Assembly (NCBI GenBank): GCA_024679065.1
Contig: JAGIQG010000009.1
Location: forward strand, 91,512,001 to 91,576,000
Length of the DNA stretch: 64,000 bases
Direction of reading: 5' to 3'
Origin: Sphyrna mokarran
Lineage: Eukaryota
Position numbers and translations under genes: made by a program. Under the pieces are notes generated by a model. It worked only from the letters and a program-made list of their open reading frames with translations, made no database searches and was not told where the DNA came from. Within the stretch, counting starts at the first letter, position 1. Each line of letters begins with the position of its first letter. Positions 61,521 through 64,000 of this stretch are shown piece after piece.

Positions 61521-62161
61521 CCTCAGAAGACTCTAGTTTCCTGTCTTCATTAAGATATGATCAGTTCCCTGACGTTTAGCCACACAGTCATAGAGTCAAT
61601 AATTCATTGCTGTCAGAAAATGAGTCAATGAAACGGAAAGAAATTCTAACGTTTATTTATTTTTCACAACTAGGTTACATTCATACTGTAATGAAGTTAC
61701 TGTGAAAATCCCCTAGTTGCCACACTCCAGCACCTGTTCAGGTACAGTGAGGGAGAATTTAGCATGGGTGATTTACCAATTCTGTCTTCAGTTATGAGGA
61801 AATTTTCCATTTCCAGTTCTGACACTTACATGTTGAGTTTCCTCCCCCATCAGGAATAGACACAAAAATAGAGCTTGGAAATGATGAAGGAACCACACTG
61901 CAAACCACCATCATTTTAGCTGCTATAGGCTTTGGGCCCAGTCAGGCCACCTGCCCCCACAAGGATACAGACTGTTAGAAATATTAAAAACCTTGTTAAA
62001 TTGCAATTTTTCCAGTCCGCTTTAGGTTTTCCAATTTGAAATTGAGCAGACGAATGGTCTGGTGTGAGCACCTAGCAGTTGGCCAGGGAGGACAGTCCTC
62101 CCACAATCTCTTTCAGCTTGCCTGGCTGTAAGAGCAGACCCAGTTTGCCCTGTAGATGGAC

Positions 62162-62272
62162 ATTCCCCTCCCCTCACCACACTCCCCGGCACCACACTCC
62201 CCCTTACCACACGCCCCCACAGCACACTCCCCCTCACCACACTCCCCCTCACCACACTCCCCCGCACCCGCA
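62162..62272. repeat. 15-bp C-rich minisatellite, short copy
   Basis: Same unit as 4180-4642. Confidence 0.9.
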
Positions 62273-64000
62273 TAATGGTGGCCTGGCTTCTTTCCTGGTT
62301 TATTTTGATGTTTTTCTGAAGTGACTAACATGGACCTTCCTGTTGAAGCAGTTTCTCAGTTACACACCCTGTAGTGTAACTGGGTGCTTGTCGAAAGCTG
62401 GAGGAATCCGGATTGGTTATTGGGGAACCTGCCCACTGTTCTTAATTGTGAGGGAAATGGTTTCCATGCCAATTATAAATGTTCCCCCACAGAAAATCCT
62501 TAACTGTGACCTGCATTTGTGTGTATACACCTGTTTGTTGCTGTGGGTGTGTGTGTATATGAGCATGTGTGTATATTTACGTGGGTATGTGAGCATGTGT
62601 GTACTTATTTCTGCGTAGTGCGTGCGCGTATCTGTGTGTGCGTATGTATCTTTGTGTCAGCGTGTTTGCATATGTGTGTTTACTTACCTCTGTTTGTGTG
62701 TGTGTGCGTGTGTGCGCGCACGCTGGTATATATGTGCATCCTTACGTGAGGCTGTATGTGCATCCTCACTCCATAACCCATTCAATTATCAATTACAATT
62801 TAAAATGAAAAACTTCCAACAATTCTACAAACCCTGTAAGACTGTTATTCAATTTCTTTCCAGTTGCCTCTTTTTTAGTCTCAACAGGATATGAAAATTA
62901 CCGGCCAGGCCAGCACTTAATGCCCATCCCCAGTTGCCCTTCACAATGCTGTAAGAGTGGGAGTTCCAGGGTTTTGACCCAGTGATGGTGAAGGAACAAC
63001 AGATATATTTCCAAGTTAGGGTGGTGTGTGGCTTGGAGTGGAACCTCCAGGTAGTGTGTGTTCCCAGGTATCTGCTGTCCTTGTCCTTCAAGATGCTAGC
63101 GGATTTATAAGATGCTGCCCAAGGAGCCTTGGTGAGTTCCTGTAGTGAATCTTGTAGATGGTTCACACAGCTGCCACTGACCATCAGTGGTGGAGGGCTT
63201 GAATCATAGAATCCTCCAGTGCAGGAGGAGGCCATTCAGCCCTTCAAGTCTGCACCGACCGCAATCCTACACCATCCCCATTAACTCATGCATTTAGCCG
63301 CGCTAATCCCCATGATATAAAGGGGTTATTTAGCCTGGCCAGTTCAGCTCACCCGCACATTTTTGGACCATGGGAGGAAATGGAAACACCTGGAGGAAAC
63401 GCATACAGACAGGGAGACAATCTGCAAATTTCACACAGACAGTGACTCAAGAAGTGTATCAAACCCGGGTCCCTGGTGTTGTGAGGCAGCAGTGCTAACC
63501 ACTATTCCACCCTGCTGTCCCTTGTGGAATGGGTAGCAATGAAGTGAGCTGCTTTATCCTGAATAGTGTCTGTTGAATTTCTTGAGTGTTTTTAGAGCTG
63601 TCCTTACCTCGGCAAGTGGAGAGAATTCCATTACATAGAAACATAGAAAACAGAAGCAGGAGAAGGTTATTCAACCCTTTGAGAGTTTTCACCATTCATT
63701 ATGATCATGGTTGATCATCAAATTCAATATCCTGATCCCCTTTCCCCCATAACCCTTGATCCCAAAAGGCCCAAAAACTCCATCTAATTTATTCTCGAAG
63801 TCAGACCTTGTTTTGGCCTCACCGACTTTCTGTGGTACTGAATTCCTCACACTCACCACTCACTGGGTGAAGAAATTTCTCCTCATCTCAGTTCTTATCC
63901 TCAAACTATGACTCCTAGTTCTGGATTCCCCACCATTTGGAACATTCTTTCTGAATTACCCTGTTTAATCTTGTTAGAATTTTATAAGTCTCAATGAGAT

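Larger units (their letters stand above)
1..64000. repeat. Tandem segmental duplication, three partly represented units
   Basis: Colinear anchors: proximal leaders 2246/34938/59202, distal leaders 3390/39848/60338, minisatellites 4180/40640/62162, alpha1 exons 16196/47478. Confidence 0.92.

Overview
Eukaryotic (shark-like cartilaginous fish) genomic DNA carrying a tandem array of minus-strand non-classical MHC class I heavy-chain genes in ~24-33 kb segmental duplications. Two genes can be assembled completely from GT-AG exons, both 342 aa with leader, alpha1, alpha2, alpha3, TM and two cytoplasmic exons: gene A (8314-34989) and gene B (45225-59253). The 5' end of a third gene is at the left edge, and the right edge repeats the intergenic flank. 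Both proteins lack the canonical alpha2 C101-C164 disulfide and most N-terminal peptide anchors, and they differ mainly at groove positions. Each unit has two signal-peptide exons. The proximal one has an ISRE + X-Y + TATA promoter; the distal one has its X-Y module split by a SINE. Intron 2 holds a palindromic 35-bp minisatellite (4.9 kb in A, 0.3 kb in B) and, in gene A, a truncated second alpha2 exon suggesting a chimeric origin. The rest is mostly CR1 LINEs, SINEs, a degenerate Harbinger transposon, and Penelope elements with hammerhead-ribozyme motifs. Lineage (UEA/UCA-like?) and species are inference and were not checked against databases.
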